From the NCBI GenBank assembly GCA_918797485.1, contig CAKKNE010000004.1:2356001-2420000 (forward strand): a stretch of DNA of 64,000 nt, read 5' to 3'. Under the pieces are notes generated by a model, which was not told the DNA's origin, made no database searches, and saw only the letters and a list, made by a program, of their open reading frames with translations. Each line of letters opens with the position of its first letter. Position 1 is the first letter of the stretch. Source of the stretch: Pelagomonas calceolata (taxonomy: Eukaryota). Both the position numbers and the translations under genes were made by a program. Shown here in pieces: positions 30,057-39,810 of this stretch.

Positions 30057-31715
30057 TTACTGTTGTGGTCTCCCTTCAATATAGGGAGGGTCGTCGAGGC
30101 TCAGGCCGCGGCGGATGAGCCTCTCTGTGATCTGCGAATACTCTGGGTGGCCCTTCCAGTGGTTGAAGCCGACAAATGCAAGCTGCCCGCCGTGCGCTTC
30201 ACTTTCGTGAAAAGCAATCGGTGTGTCGCGAGGCCTGTTCTCGCGCCACGCCTCGACCTCCTCGGCGTCGTAGCACTCGTGGTTGGTGTCGTCAGGATCG
30301 TACCCATAATCATGTTTGAAATCGTGCCTCGGAAGAAGGATCGACTCCCCTTCCGGCACCTCCAGGAAGTAGCCCTTTTCGTACGGGAAAATTTCGCCAC
30401 TCAGTTCGCCAGGTACCCCCCCGACGATTCGCGCCCCAGCCTCGGTGAGCACAAACTCATGCCTCGTGTACGACCTGAAGCTCCAATTTACGTTGAATAG
30501 CGGCTTGATTGTATCCTTGATGAAGTCAAACCTGCCCCCCGCCGGGAACACGACGACGCGTCCGCCTCCTTCGTAAAACTCCGAGAGGGCCCGACTGCTC
30601 GACGGAAACTCGTTCTCAAAGGTGGCGACGGTCCCGTAAACTTCAAGATCCAGGCCATCCGCAGGCACCTGCGCTAACACGTCGCACCCTTCACTCCACG
30701 AAGACCAGTCACCCGGTCGCCAAGCCGAGCCGAGCAGAGCTACCCGCTGTGGCACCACCCGTGTCTTGGGCATCATGAGCTGTGCAAGATCCTCGAGACC
30801 CGCGCCAAGGTAGAGGATGCCGTCGTTTTTCCAGTACGCGTGGTCCTGGTAGCTGGTGGGAAAATTTTGGACGCTGAATTTGGAGTCCCAATCGTGCCCG
30901 ATGCAAGCGAACGCCATGTTGTAGATATCTGTTTCTCTCTTGCTCATTTTCGACATGTGAACGCATTTGACAGATATGTGGAGGGGCACGGGCAGCTTGT
31001 CCACCACGAGCGCGCGGTCGAGCGCTAGCATGAGGCCAGTTTCTTTGCCAGACATCACGACGCTTATGTTCAACTTGTCAGGAAGCATGCCCAGCACGAC
31101 CTCACCCGAGGTTTTCGTCCCATCGAGGCTGGTGCAAGCTGGAACTGGCTGCACGAGCGACGCTAACAACTGCTCGCCATCAGGCAGCGACGCGACAAAA
31201 GCAAGATCAATAAAGGAACGCTTGTCGAGGCAGGCAGTCCCAAGGTCGTGCGACGCTGCGACGAGGCACCCGCCCACCTTCACCCAGACGATCCCACATA
31301 GGCTTGGATAAAAGGTTGCCGCGCGAGCTTCGGGCTGACAACGGTGGTATCCTCTGCCCGTGTGCTGACGCGGGTTACGAAATAGTTGCTTGAGGAGCTC
31401 CAGGTCCACATCTCGACGGAAGAGCTGCGTCTTGCCCTGCTGCGGGTGTGTGAGGCACGTGGCGACGGTCCTCGACGTGTAGTAGACGTGGATTTTCACA
31501 CCCTCCGCCGTCACAAAGGAGACCAGACGAGACGCCTCGTTGACGGCTAGTTCCTCCAGTCCAGCGCGCGCGGCCGCCAGGCGGGCTGCCTCCCGGAACT
31601 CGAGAGCTTGTAACTTGGCCTCGGCTGTGGCGGCTCGCTGCTCGGCATCGCAGACTTTTAGGGCTAAACCCTTTATTTCTTGGCTCAGCGCATCAGAGAT
31701 AGCCATGGCTGCCAT
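30057..31715 (-). CDS. Hypothetical mosaic protein
   Basis: 552-aa ORF. N-terminal VYYTSRTVATCLTHPQQGKTQLFRR...FRNPRQHTGRGY module; middle region resembles a degenerate retropepsin. Confidence 0.7.
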   Translation of the reverse strand: MAAMAISDALSQEIKGLALKVCDAEQRAATAEAKLQALEFREAARLAAARAGLEELAVNEASRLVSFVTAEGVKIHVYYTSRTVATCLTHPQQGKTQLFRRDVDLELLKQLFRNPRQHTGRGYHRCQPEARAATFYPSLCGIVWVKVGGCLVAASHDLGTACLDKRSFIDLAFVASLPDGEQLLASLVQPVPACTSLDGTKTSGEVVLGMLPDKLNISVVMSGKETGLMLALDRALVVDKLPVPLHISVKCVHMSKMSKRETDIYNMAFACIGHDWDSKFSVQNFPTSYQDHAYWKNDGILYLGAGLEDLAQLMMPKTRVVPQRVALLGSAWRPGDWSSWSEGCDVLAQVPADGLDLEVYGTVATFENEFPSSSRALSEFYEGGGRVVVFPAGGRFDFIKDTIKPLFNVNWSFRSYTRHEFVLTEAGARIVGGVPGELSGEIFPYEKGYFLEVPEGESILLPRHDFKHDYGYDPDDTNHECYDAEEVEAWRENRPRDTPIAFHESEAHGGQLAFVGFNHWKGHPEYSQITERLIRRGLSLDDPPYIEGRPQQ

Positions 31716-32165
31716 GGGGCAGGAGGCAAAGCCTTAAGCAGCCTGCCGGCTCGTGATATCGATCACGTTTTCGCAAGATCCCCTTTACGGAACCGGTTCT
31801 ACACACCCCAGCGCGCTGCCTCTGCCAGACGCTCTGCCGAGCAGCTTCTGCCGGCGCAGATTGACTGACGGGTTTTTTTGCAGCCTGCTAGGACTCCTGG
31901 CCGCTCGACCACGGCGGCCCTGGACGACTCGTGAAAAAACTGGCGGCCGTGCGCAAGCTAGCGGCCCGTAAAGACACTAGACCATCCCGGGCATTTTGAG
32001 TGGGCCTTGTTGCGCGCTTACCCGCAGGCGCCGCGCAGCCCAGCGGCGGCAGGCGGCCGCGACCGCATCGGTGCGCTCGCCGACGGCGCCGACGCGCGGC
32101 GGGCAGCTTCGGCGTTGCGCGCTCTGCGGCGGCTGCTAGAGTGGACTTGACCTACACACGCAGAG

Positions 32166-34901
32166 ATGCGCGCCGCGCACGCCGCTGTAGAATCAAGAGA
32201 CGCGGGCCTCGAGGCGCGCCTCCACGCTAGATTTGAGGGGCAACTAGAAGAACTGCGCGCCCAGGTCGCCGCGCTCGAAGCCCGTCTAACACAAGAACCG
32301 ACAAAGCCGAAGACACCTACAAAGCCGAAGCACGACAACACGACCCTGGAACCGCTGTCCTACGACGCCGCCTTTGAACAACTGGGCGGCCAGGCCGCGT
32401 TAGATGGCTACAGAGCACGCTCCAAAGCTTTGATCGAGAGAACTAGAGATGATGCCTTAGAAAAGGAGCTCGCGGACCTGCAGATGACGGAAAGGAGAGG
32501 ATTTAGTACAGCACTGGTGAATCAGCGCTTCGTCGAGGATCTGGACGAGCTCTACGACGACGCGCGACGAGCGATGCCGGGCTTTTTCGCGACGTGCCAA
32601 GATCTAGCGGTAAAGACCCAAGCCACCTTCCACGCCGGCGCCGAGAAATGCTCTACAAGAGCGAGGATGAAGGCCCTGTTCAAGTACAAAGATTGTACAG
32701 GTGTGGCCTACCACCGCTTGACCGACGTCGTGCGATGTACGCTGTCCTACACCTCTCTGGAGTTGCTCTATGATGGGTTTGAGAGTGTGTTGGATGCGTT
32801 TGGGGATCATGTCAAGGAGGCGCACGATAGGTACCAGACTCCTCTAGGAGACTACCGAGATATCCAATTAGTAGTATCTCATGAAAACCACTTATGTGAA
32901 TTACAATTGACCACATCTCTGTACATGCGGGCCAAGGCCACGACGGGCCACCGGACCTTCGAGGTGATCCGGGAGCTCAAGGCGGCTGTTGCGGATGGTG
33001 ACTCAACAAGGGTCGACACGGCCCTATCTTGGGGCCACTGCTCCCAGCTCAAGGATTTGTTGAGGACGCAGGCTTCCACCTTGTTAGCGGAGGCTTCCAA
33101 GAAAGGGCACGCGGGAATTGTTGCGAGATTGCTGAGAGCTGGTGCGGATGCGAACGCTCCGGCAACTGATGGGGAGACCGCTTTGCATGCCGCTATTCGT
33201 TTAGGTCACGAGCGCGTGGTCTGGGCTTTATTGGATGTTGGTAGTGCGGACCATTCGGTGGCTTGTGACCGGGGCGCTTGTGCCCTGACGCTGGGTTTCG
33301 CTCTACTGAGATCGTCAAAAGAAGAATCTAGAGCGCGAGCGGTGGCGACATTAGCGAGGCACGCGGGCGCCGAAGCCGTGAGGAAAGCGCGGGCGAACGT
33401 CGATTCTTATATAGAAAAACATTTATGGCAGAACTGCCGGCAGTTAGTGGAAGAGGCGGCCGAAGGCGATTACAAAGAGTGCGTCCGGTTACTTACGGAA
33501 CGGTGGGCCGACCCGAACTCCATGACTGATAGTCGGAGCGCTTTGACCGCGGCGTGCCGCAACGGCCATGGTGACGTCGTTTCTCTGTTGCTCGAGCATC
33601 GAGCGAACATAAACAGACCGTCGAAGAGCGGCGCGACGCCGTTGTACGCCGCCTGTAGCGGTCGCCACTACGATCTTGCATCGTTACTACTAGAAAGAGG
33701 CGCGGACCCGTCCCTAGCTCTACCATCTGCGGTAAAGAACTGTGAGGTGGACGTCGCGAGGTATCTGCTGGAGAAAGGAGCGGTCATTGATGATGATGTG
33801 GCAAAGCAGTTGACTCATGGTAATTTCGCGCCCCTCGACTCGCTCCTGGCGGACCCGAGTGATACTAAAAGGATGGACCTAGCTAGAGATTTGGTGGGCA
33901 TGCACCCGATCTTGCACGCCCATGAAGGCGCCCGACCGCTGGTCTACGACTTCAAGGCCGGGGATCTAGTCGTGGCGAAAGTGTCATTCAAGAGTGTACA
34001 AGTGGGAGACCTGGGCACGGTCGCGGAGAAGCCGGCTCGAGATCCTTCGCGGGTCGCCGTGGACTTTGGGCCGGGCAAAGGTATCTATAACTACGGCCGG
34101 GGCCAGATGTGCGTCAGAGCACCGTTAGTGCCCGGTTTTGAACTCGTGATTGGGGACCAGGTGACGTGCCTCGAGAAAGTCGACGCGGCCATTCCAAGTC
34201 ATAGTAGAGGCACGGTCATACGGCACGCCAACGAGCCGCCCACCGAAGTCATTGTACGGTTCAAGGCAGGGGAACGAAGTGTCGATGCGTCGCGATTGGC
34301 CCATGCCCCGCTGACCACCGGAAGCTTGATGGCGAAAGGTGATCGGGTCGTGGCGGGCGTCGCCTTCGAACAGGTGCGCATCGGCGACACTGGTATGATT
34401 GTAGGCCCCGGCTCGACTTCGGCGCTCGACAACGCCGCGCGTAGACTACTAGTGGACTTCGGCCAACAACGATGCTACAATTACACGCCGTCGCAACTGA
34501 CCTACGCGACGGAATCGGGCAGTTTCAGCAAGGAGGACAAAGTTGTTTCTGCAAGGCCGCACAACGGCATCCCGCGGGGCGCGCGAGGGATCGTGATTGG
34601 CCACACGGATCAAGTTTTGAGGGTCGATTTTGGTGGAAGATGCGTTTTGAGCAGAATCGGCGATCTGGCCCACGCGCCGCTCGTCCCCGGTAGTGATATA
34701 AGGAAGGGCGACCGCGTGGCGGCGCGCGTCGCGTACGGCTCGGTCCAGGTCAATGACCTGGGGACCGTTGTCGGTTCTGGTGATCAAAAGTCACAAAGAG
34801 TCTGTGTGGTCTGGGACCGCGACGGCGCGAAGAACAACTGGCTGCCCGGCGCGCAGCTCGCCGTCGTCGACGCGCCGCCGCTCTCGGAGGGGACGCCCTA
34901 G
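32166..34901 (+). CDS. RelA/SpoT-like nucleotidyltransferase + ankyrin repeats + five SH3-like repeats
   Basis: RLTDVVRCTL...DRY...YRDIQL...CELQL; ankyrins GETALHAA, SALTAACRNGH, GATPLYAAC; repeats of the form GD.V.....v..GD.GTV. Confidence 0.8.
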   Translation: MRAAHAAVESRDAGLEARLHARFEGQLEELRAQVAALEARLTQEPTKPKTPTKPKHDNTTLEPLSYDAAFEQLGGQAALDGYRARSKALIERTRDDALEKELADLQMTERRGFSTALVNQRFVEDLDELYDDARRAMPGFFATCQDLAVKTQATFHAGAEKCSTRARMKALFKYKDCTGVAYHRLTDVVRCTLSYTSLELLYDGFESVLDAFGDHVKEAHDRYQTPLGDYRDIQLVVSHENHLCELQLTTSLYMRAKATTGHRTFEVIRELKAAVADGDSTRVDTALSWGHCSQLKDLLRTQASTLLAEASKKGHAGIVARLLRAGADANAPATDGETALHAAIRLGHERVVWALLDVGSADHSVACDRGACALTLGFALLRSSKEESRARAVATLARHAGAEAVRKARANVDSYIEKHLWQNCRQLVEEAAEGDYKECVRLLTERWADPNSMTDSRSALTAACRNGHGDVVSLLLEHRANINRPSKSGATPLYAACSGRHYDLASLLLERGADPSLALPSAVKNCEVDVARYLLEKGAVIDDDVAKQLTHGNFAPLDSLLADPSDTKRMDLARDLVGMHPILHAHEGARPLVYDFKAGDLVVAKVSFKSVQVGDLGTVAEKPARDPSRVAVDFGPGKGIYNYGRGQMCVRAPLVPGFELVIGDQVTCLEKVDAAIPSHSRGTVIRHANEPPTEVIVRFKAGERSVDASRLAHAPLTTGSLMAKGDRVVAGVAFEQVRIGDTGMIVGPGSTSALDNAARRLLVDFGQQRCYNYTPSQLTYATESGSFSKEDKVVSARPHNGIPRGARGIVIGHTDQVLRVDFGGRCVLSRIGDLAHAPLVPGSDIRKGDRVAARVAYGSVQVNDLGTVVGSGDQKSQRVCVVWDRDGAKNNWLPGAQLAVVDAPPLSEGTP

Positions 34902-35335
34902 TCCTGCTCCTGTGCGTACTAAGTTATGTGTGCTTTTTTTTCTGTCCCCTCGTGCCTATTGGCGACTACTCCGTAGTGCTAGCCGGGCGACGTACGCGCG
35001 TAACGCGATTCGCCTGCGGTTTTTTCGGCAGAGAGCCTTCCTTGGAAATGCGGCGAGGCCTCCGCGGGCGGGTGGTGCACGAGTAGTTACATCCCAGTTG
35101 CTCGCAGCCGTGGCCTGCTAGCGTCATACAGCCTCTAGCCCCCGACAGCAACCTCAAACCACGCCTGTGCTCAGTGCTCATCGCATTACCACTGCTGTGG
35201 CTGTTGTGCAGTAGCAACTAAGCAGGACTGCGTGCGTTATTTGCAATCCGTGCGCTCGAAGACGCTGCTGGACCGCAAATCGCCGCGAGAGCAAGTCTGT
35301 GTGCTGCAAGGCAGAGCGGCGCACGGCGGTCGTCG

Positions 35336-37942
35336 ATGCGGGCGCTGATGCTGTGCTTCGCCGCGCGGGGCGCGAGCGCGCTGCGTCCGGCGCTCCGCAC
35401 AACAACAAGAACCTTGGTCGCGAGGCGCGCCGCGTACGACGTCGCGCAAGTCGAAGAAAAGTGGCAGCGGTTTTGGGACGACGACAAGACCTTTAGAAGT
35501 CAAAGAAATGCTGATAGAGACAAGAAGTACATCCTCGACATGTTCCCCTATCCTTCAGGTTCTGGCCTACATGTCGGCCATCCCGAGGGCTATACGGCGA
35601 CCGATATTATGGCTAGGTATTGGCGCATGAAAGGATTCGACGTGCTCCACCCCATGGGCTGGGACGCCTTCGGCCTACCCGCCGAGCAGCACGCGATCAA
35701 CACGGGCACGCACCCGCGGGAGACGACCCTCAAAAATATCGGGACCTTTAAGCGCCAGCTCAAGGCTCTGGGCCTGTCCTACGACTGGGATAGGGAGTTA
35801 AGCACGACGGACCCGGACTACGTGAAGTGGACGCAGTGGATCTTCCTCCAATTATTCGAGGCTGGTTTGGCAGAACAAAAAGAGGTTCCCGTGAACTGGT
35901 GCCCGGCGCTAGGAACAGTATTAGCGAATGAGGAGGTGATCGATGGCTTATCTGAAAGAGGAGACCACCCCGTCGTAAGGGCACCCTTACGCCAGTGGGT
36001 CCTGAAAATTACCGAGTATGCGGACAAGCTACTCGCGGGTCTCGATGGCCTAGACTGGCCCGCCGGGACACTACGTTCCCAAAGGGAGTGGATCGGCCGG
36101 TCCGAAGGCACTTCTGTGAAGTTCCAGGTCAAGGGTTCTAGTGAGGACGTCGAAGTCTTTACGACGCGACCGGACACGTTGATGGGCGCGACGTACGTCG
36201 TCTTGGCGCCCGAGCACCCTCTCGCCCTCAAACTAGGAAATGAGGATGCCGTGAAAGAGTACGCCGACGCCGCGGCCCGCAAGTCGGATTTGGACCGAAC
36301 CGCGGACGCGAAAACGAAAACGGGCGTTCCGACGGCTTCTTTCGCGGTGCACCCGATAAGTGGAGAAGATGTCCCCATCTGGGTCGCCGACTACGTGCTG
36401 GGGGCCTACGGGACCGGCGCGGTCATGGCCGTCCCGGCGCACGACACGCGGGATTATGCGTTCGCCGAGGCGTTTGGCCTGCCTATAGTAAGGGTGGTGG
36501 ACGGCGGCGACCTGCCGTACACCGACCCAGGAGTCTGTGTGAACAGTGGCGAGTTCGACGGGTTGAAGACGGGCAAGGCGAAGAAGGCCCGTGACCGGTG
36601 TGGAAATCAACCAGCCGTGCTGGCTCTCGCGCCGTAAATTTTGATGTCCACACAGGCCGTGACCTACAAGCTGTCCCAGCTCGAGAGGGGGGAGAAGAAG
36701 GTCACCTACAAATTGCGGGACTGGGTCTTCTCGCGGCAGCGGTACTGGGGCGAGCCCATTCCCATCACGTTTCCGGTACTTGATCAAAATGGAGCGCCGT
36801 TACCGGAGGGCGCGCTGGACCCTCGCGTTACGGATGAGGGCTTCGAGATCGACTTCAGCAAGCCGGAGGCCGTGCCCGTATCTCAGTTACCTCTCCAGCT
36901 CCCGGAAACGGACGACTACGCACCCGGCGAGGACCCCGCGGGCTGCTTAGCTAGAATAAAGGACTGGCGCTTCTACGTGGAAGACGGCCACTGGCGAGCG
37001 AGAGAAACGAACACGATGCCCCAGTGGGCCGGGTCGTGCTGGTACTACTTAAGGTATGCGGATAATGGCAATGATGCCGAGTTCATCTCTCCCCAGTCAG
37101 ATGAGGACTGGTTACCGGTCGATTTGTATGTTGGTGGCGCTGAACACGCCGTACTCCACTTACTCTACGCGCGGTTCTGGCACCTATTTTTACATGATCA
37201 AAAGAAAGTCCAGGCCCCGGAGCCCTTTAAAAAATTAGTGCACCAGGGGTTGATACTGGGCGCCGACGGCGAGAAGATGTCCAAGAGCAGAGGCAACGTC
37301 GTCAACCCCGACGAGGTCATCGCCGAGCACGGCGCCGACGCGCTGCGGCTGTACGAGATGTTCATGGGGCCGCTCGAAGCCGTGAAGCCCTGGCAGACGG
37401 CGCAGGTTTCGGGAGTGGTGCGGTTTCGGGATCGGGTGTTCCAAGCTTGTGCTAAGGCGGCTGATGTTGCGATAGATGAGGAGACTGAGGTATTACTACA
37501 TAAGTCGATGCGGAAGGTTACGACGGACATCGATCAGTTGGGCTTCAATACTGCTATATCTCAGTTGATGGTCCTCTCAAAACATTTGGAGGGGATGAAG
37601 GAGCCTCCTCGCGAGGCTTGTGAGAAGTTGGCATTGATGGTCTCGCCCTTCGCGCCGCATCTGGGTGAGGAGTGCTGGTCCGTGTTGGGCCATTCTGAAA
37701 GTCTCGCGGGTCACGCTTGGGTGGAATGGGACGAGGCCAAGTGCGTCGACGCGACCGTGACCATGGCCGTGCAGGTCAACGGGAAAGTACGGGCCAAGAT
37801 CTCGCTCGCGCCGGACGCGGCGGAAGACGACGCTCGAGCTCTGGCGTTTGCCGAGGAGGGCGTGCAAAAATTCACGGAGGGCAAGGACGTCAAGAAGGTG
37901 ATCTACGTGCCGGGGAAGATCCTGAACATCGTGGCGAAGTAA
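35336..37942 (+). CDS. leuS: Organellar (bacterial-type) leucyl-tRNA synthetase; exons 35336-36586 and 36656-37942
   Basis: [14 protein letters not shown] (HIGH), editing-domain FTTRPDT and [21 protein letters not shown] targeting-like N-terminus. Spliced length 2538 nt. Confidence 0.96.
36587..36655 (+). mobile_element. Introner element forming a GC-AG intron in LeuRS
   Basis: gcccgtgac + cggtgtggaaatcaa...ttgatgtccacacag followed by gccgtgac. Removal restores KAKK|AVTYKL. Confidence 0.9.
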
Positions 37943-38237
37943 GTAGTGGTGGGTTACTAGTCCGTCCGGCCGCGTCGTCGCCGCCGCGTCTTCCGTCGAC
38001 GGCGGCGAGGGGGCCGCCGCTCGCATAGACCGGTATGATGGATGCGTCTCGGCCGTGGAGGCATGGCTGCGACGCGGGGCGCGGCCTTGCCTCCGCAGCA
38101 GAGCAGCGCAGCGTCGGACATCGCATCGCGCAAAGAACTCCAGAAAGCCATCAACTCAACACACCATCCTAGAAGAACTGCCTGCTGCGGAGAAGCGACA
38201 GCTAGAGCCGCAGCGGCACCTTTTCCAAGCCTGGGCC

Positions 38238-39785
38238 ATGGAGAGCCAGCCAAAAAAAACAACGCGAGGGACCGGGCGCGGCACCAGGGATGCGGAAAAA
38301 ACAAAGAGCAAGACAGAAGAACCGGTGCGCGTCACCAGAGATGCGGAGAAAGCGAAGAGACGACGCAGCGGCGACAGCCTCAGATCGATATACATGCAGC
38401 TTATCGCCTGCCGCGTGCCCAAAGCCGACCACGACGCTTTACGGTGCGTGAGCAAGCGGTGGCGGGCAGCGGCGGAGAGGGTCGGGCTCCAGCGCCTGCG
38501 GGCCACGTGCGGCTGGACTGAAACAGCACTGATAGTGGCGGGCGGCGGCGACAGCGTGTTCGAGCGAGGCGAGTCGGATCCTACGCCCGACCGCGAGGAC
38601 TGCTGGCAATTGATAGGCGGCAAGTGGCGCAAAATGCGGAACGATCCCAAACCACGTTGCGATTCTGCGGTGGTGAGCTGGCGCGGCCGCGTAGTATGTG
38701 TGGGCGGGACGCGCACCGTGAAGAATGAGGAAGACGCGTGGTCGATGCGGACGGGCGTGGGCGACGTCGTGAGTTATGACGCGGCGACAGATGAGTGGAC
38801 GGACCTCCCGGCGAAGTGTGAGCGCCGCACGAGCGCATACGCCGCCGTCGACCCGACCACGGACGCGCTCGTCGTCGTCGGCGGCTGGCGCGTGCGAGGA
38901 GATCTGCTAGACCCTGATCCGGCCATAAATAATGGACACTTCGACGAGGAGGTCGGCACGATGCAGATGCTGGCCAACCCGACAGACCAGGCTTGGACGG
39001 ACCTGCCGCCCATGCCATCTGCCGTCTCCAACTTTGTGGGAGGCGTCATCGGCACCAAACTATATGTCGCGGGCGGCCTCCGCTGGGTAGGGGGTTGGCG
39101 CATCGCGAGCGACGAGCTGCAGGTATTTGATTTTGAGACGAGGACGTGGAGTCTCGGACCGGATTTGCCCGGCCCGCGTTACTATGGCGCCGGCTGTGTG
39201 TGCGACGGGAGGCTTTATATTGTGGGCGGCAAAGACGAGTCGCGGAACCTGACGCGGAGTGTCATCGTGTTCAGTCCGGAATCGCCTGCCGGTTGGAGCC
39301 AGGTCAGTAGCCTTCCCGAGTTCCGGTACTATCATTCGTGCTGCAATTACAAGGGTAAACTTGTGGTATTCGGCGGCGAGGGCGACGGAGAGGTCTTTCC
39401 ACCGCTCGTGCTGTCGTCGATCTCGGGACGCGATCCGGGCCGGCACCCGCCGGAAGAGCAGTTATGGTTGTCGGAAGCTCTTAGGACTGAAATATTGGAC
39501 GTGCTCGGGCGCGCGCTGGCACGCGACGTGCCTTTAGAAGGTAGGGTGCAGGTAGGGTCGTTGAACGAGGAATTGACGAAGCGTACTCTTCAGCGCTTTG
39601 GCTTTTACCTGGCTCAATATGGCGAAGTGTTTGGCGACGAGCTCACCTTGCAGGACCGCGAGCTCGCCTCAAAGCTATACAGGCGGCTCGACGACGACGC
39701 CGCGGTACTATCCATCCCGCCGCTCCCGGCGGGCTACGACCACCCACTCCTCGCGGCCATCGTCTGCAGCGCGCCCGTCGGTTAA
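38238..39785 (+). CDS. Kelch-repeat protein with F-box-like motif
   Basis: LRCVSKRWR (F-box-like); kelch blades VAGG/CVGG/VVGG/LYVAGG/LYIVGG with W residues. Start uncertain (ORF open from 38055). Confidence 0.85.
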   Translation: MESQPKKTTRGTGRGTRDAEKTKSKTEEPVRVTRDAEKAKRRRSGDSLRSIYMQLIACRVPKADHDALRCVSKRWRAAAERVGLQRLRATCGWTETALIVAGGGDSVFERGESDPTPDREDCWQLIGGKWRKMRNDPKPRCDSAVVSWRGRVVCVGGTRTVKNEEDAWSMRTGVGDVVSYDAATDEWTDLPAKCERRTSAYAAVDPTTDALVVVGGWRVRGDLLDPDPAINNGHFDEEVGTMQMLANPTDQAWTDLPPMPSAVSNFVGGVIGTKLYVAGGLRWVGGWRIASDELQVFDFETRTWSLGPDLPGPRYYGAGCVCDGRLYIVGGKDESRNLTRSVIVFSPESPAGWSQVSSLPEFRYYHSCCNYKGKLVVFGGEGDGEVFPPLVLSSISGRDPGRHPPEEQLWLSEALRTEILDVLGRALARDVPLEGRVQVGSLNEELTKRTLQRFGFYLAQYGEVFGDELTLQDRELASKLYRRLDDDAAVLSIPPLPAGYDHPLLAAIVCSAPVG

Positions 39786-39810
39786 GTATATATATGAATT
39801 ACTTGGAGTA

